IMG/VR virus record: IMGVR_UViG_3300023171_000032
Coordinates: 1 to 35,583 of that record
Strand: one strand, 5' to 3'
Source of the DNA: a virus
Taxonomy: Duplodnaviria > Caudoviricetes
Length of the DNA stretch: 35,583 bases
The notes beneath the pieces were generated by a model, which had not been told where the DNA came from, searched no databases, and saw nothing but the letters and a program-made list of their open reading frames with translations. Below, piece by piece: positions 35,098-35,583 of the stretch (position 1 is its first letter; each line of letters starts with the position of its first letter). Made by a program: the position numbers and the translations under genes.

Positions 35098-35583
35098 TTA
35101 CTTTTGTTTAAGTGCTTCGTTTTCCTGTGTAAGCTTTTCGATTTCATTTGATGCAATAGATAAAGCTTTCTTATACTTATCAATCTCTTTGCGCTGCTCT
35201 TCGATAGTGGCTTTTAATTGGTCATTAATAGATTTTGCTCCTTTCATATTATTGTTGAAAATTCTGTCTTTCTCTTCTAGTTGGTATTTGTGAAACAATT
35301 TTAAACCTTCAAGTTGGCATTTTACGTACATAAACTCTTGCCCTGTCTTGTCTTTGAAATGTAATTCCAGATCATCATAAGACTCAAATTTTTCACCTTC
35401 AATTCCTTTGGCTACTGTTTTGGCTACTTGATCCATGAAATACTCCAGGTCTTTCACTACTTCATCGGGCGCAACATAATGCCTTTTTCTGTTTGAGCAT
35501 CCATTGGTATCACAGTGATTTAATCCGCATGGAGTTGTGCATTCACTCGGCACATTCTCGGGGGTGTTAGTTGTTTCGCTCAT
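35098..35583 (-). CDS. hypothetical protein with Cys-rich N-terminus and coiled-coil C-terminus (start at window edge)
   Basis: CTTPCGLNHCDTNGC; heptad C-terminus. Confidence 0.6.
   Translation of the reverse strand: MSETTNTPENVPSECTTPCGLNHCDTNGCSNRKRHYVAPDEVVKDLEYFMDQVAKTVAKGIEGEKFESYDDLELHFKDKTGQEFMYVKCQLEGLKLFHKYQLEEKDRIFNNNMKGAKSINDQLKATIEEQRKEIDKYKKALSIASNEIEKLTQENEALKQK

Overview
A large fragment of an AT-rich tailed-phage genome with siphovirus-like architecture. The host is probably Bacteroidota, inferred from TAnnTTTG-type promoters, no obvious Shine-Dalgarno sites, and Bacteroidota-style signal peptides. Bases 1-10449 form a mostly leftward early/replication arm: PIF1/RecD-like helicase (truncated), DNA methyltransferase, PD-(D/E)XK exonuclease, SPFH protein, Nmad5-like protein, SSB-like protein, pentapeptide-repeat protein, HTH protein and VRR-NUC nuclease. 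This arm also carries two aberrant tRNA-like RNAs, a four-hairpin structured RNA and a repeated promoter/operator. Bases 10450-10892 are a non-coding divergence region with iteron-like repeats (candidate ori/pac). Bases 10893-34248 are the rightward packaging, head, tail and lysis operon, and 34232-35583 are small leftward genes. No integrase, primase, reverse transcriptase or CRISPR array is visible. Best leads: (i) a distal tail cassette where a beta-rich protein is duplicated into a signal-less copy and a lipoprotein copy, followed by a tail-fibre-motif protein with a Sec signal; (ii) a set of small structured RNAs that may form an antisense or decoy system; (iii) a non-SSB protein ending in a host-SSB-like acidic tail. 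All product calls come from motif recognition and synteny, not database searches.
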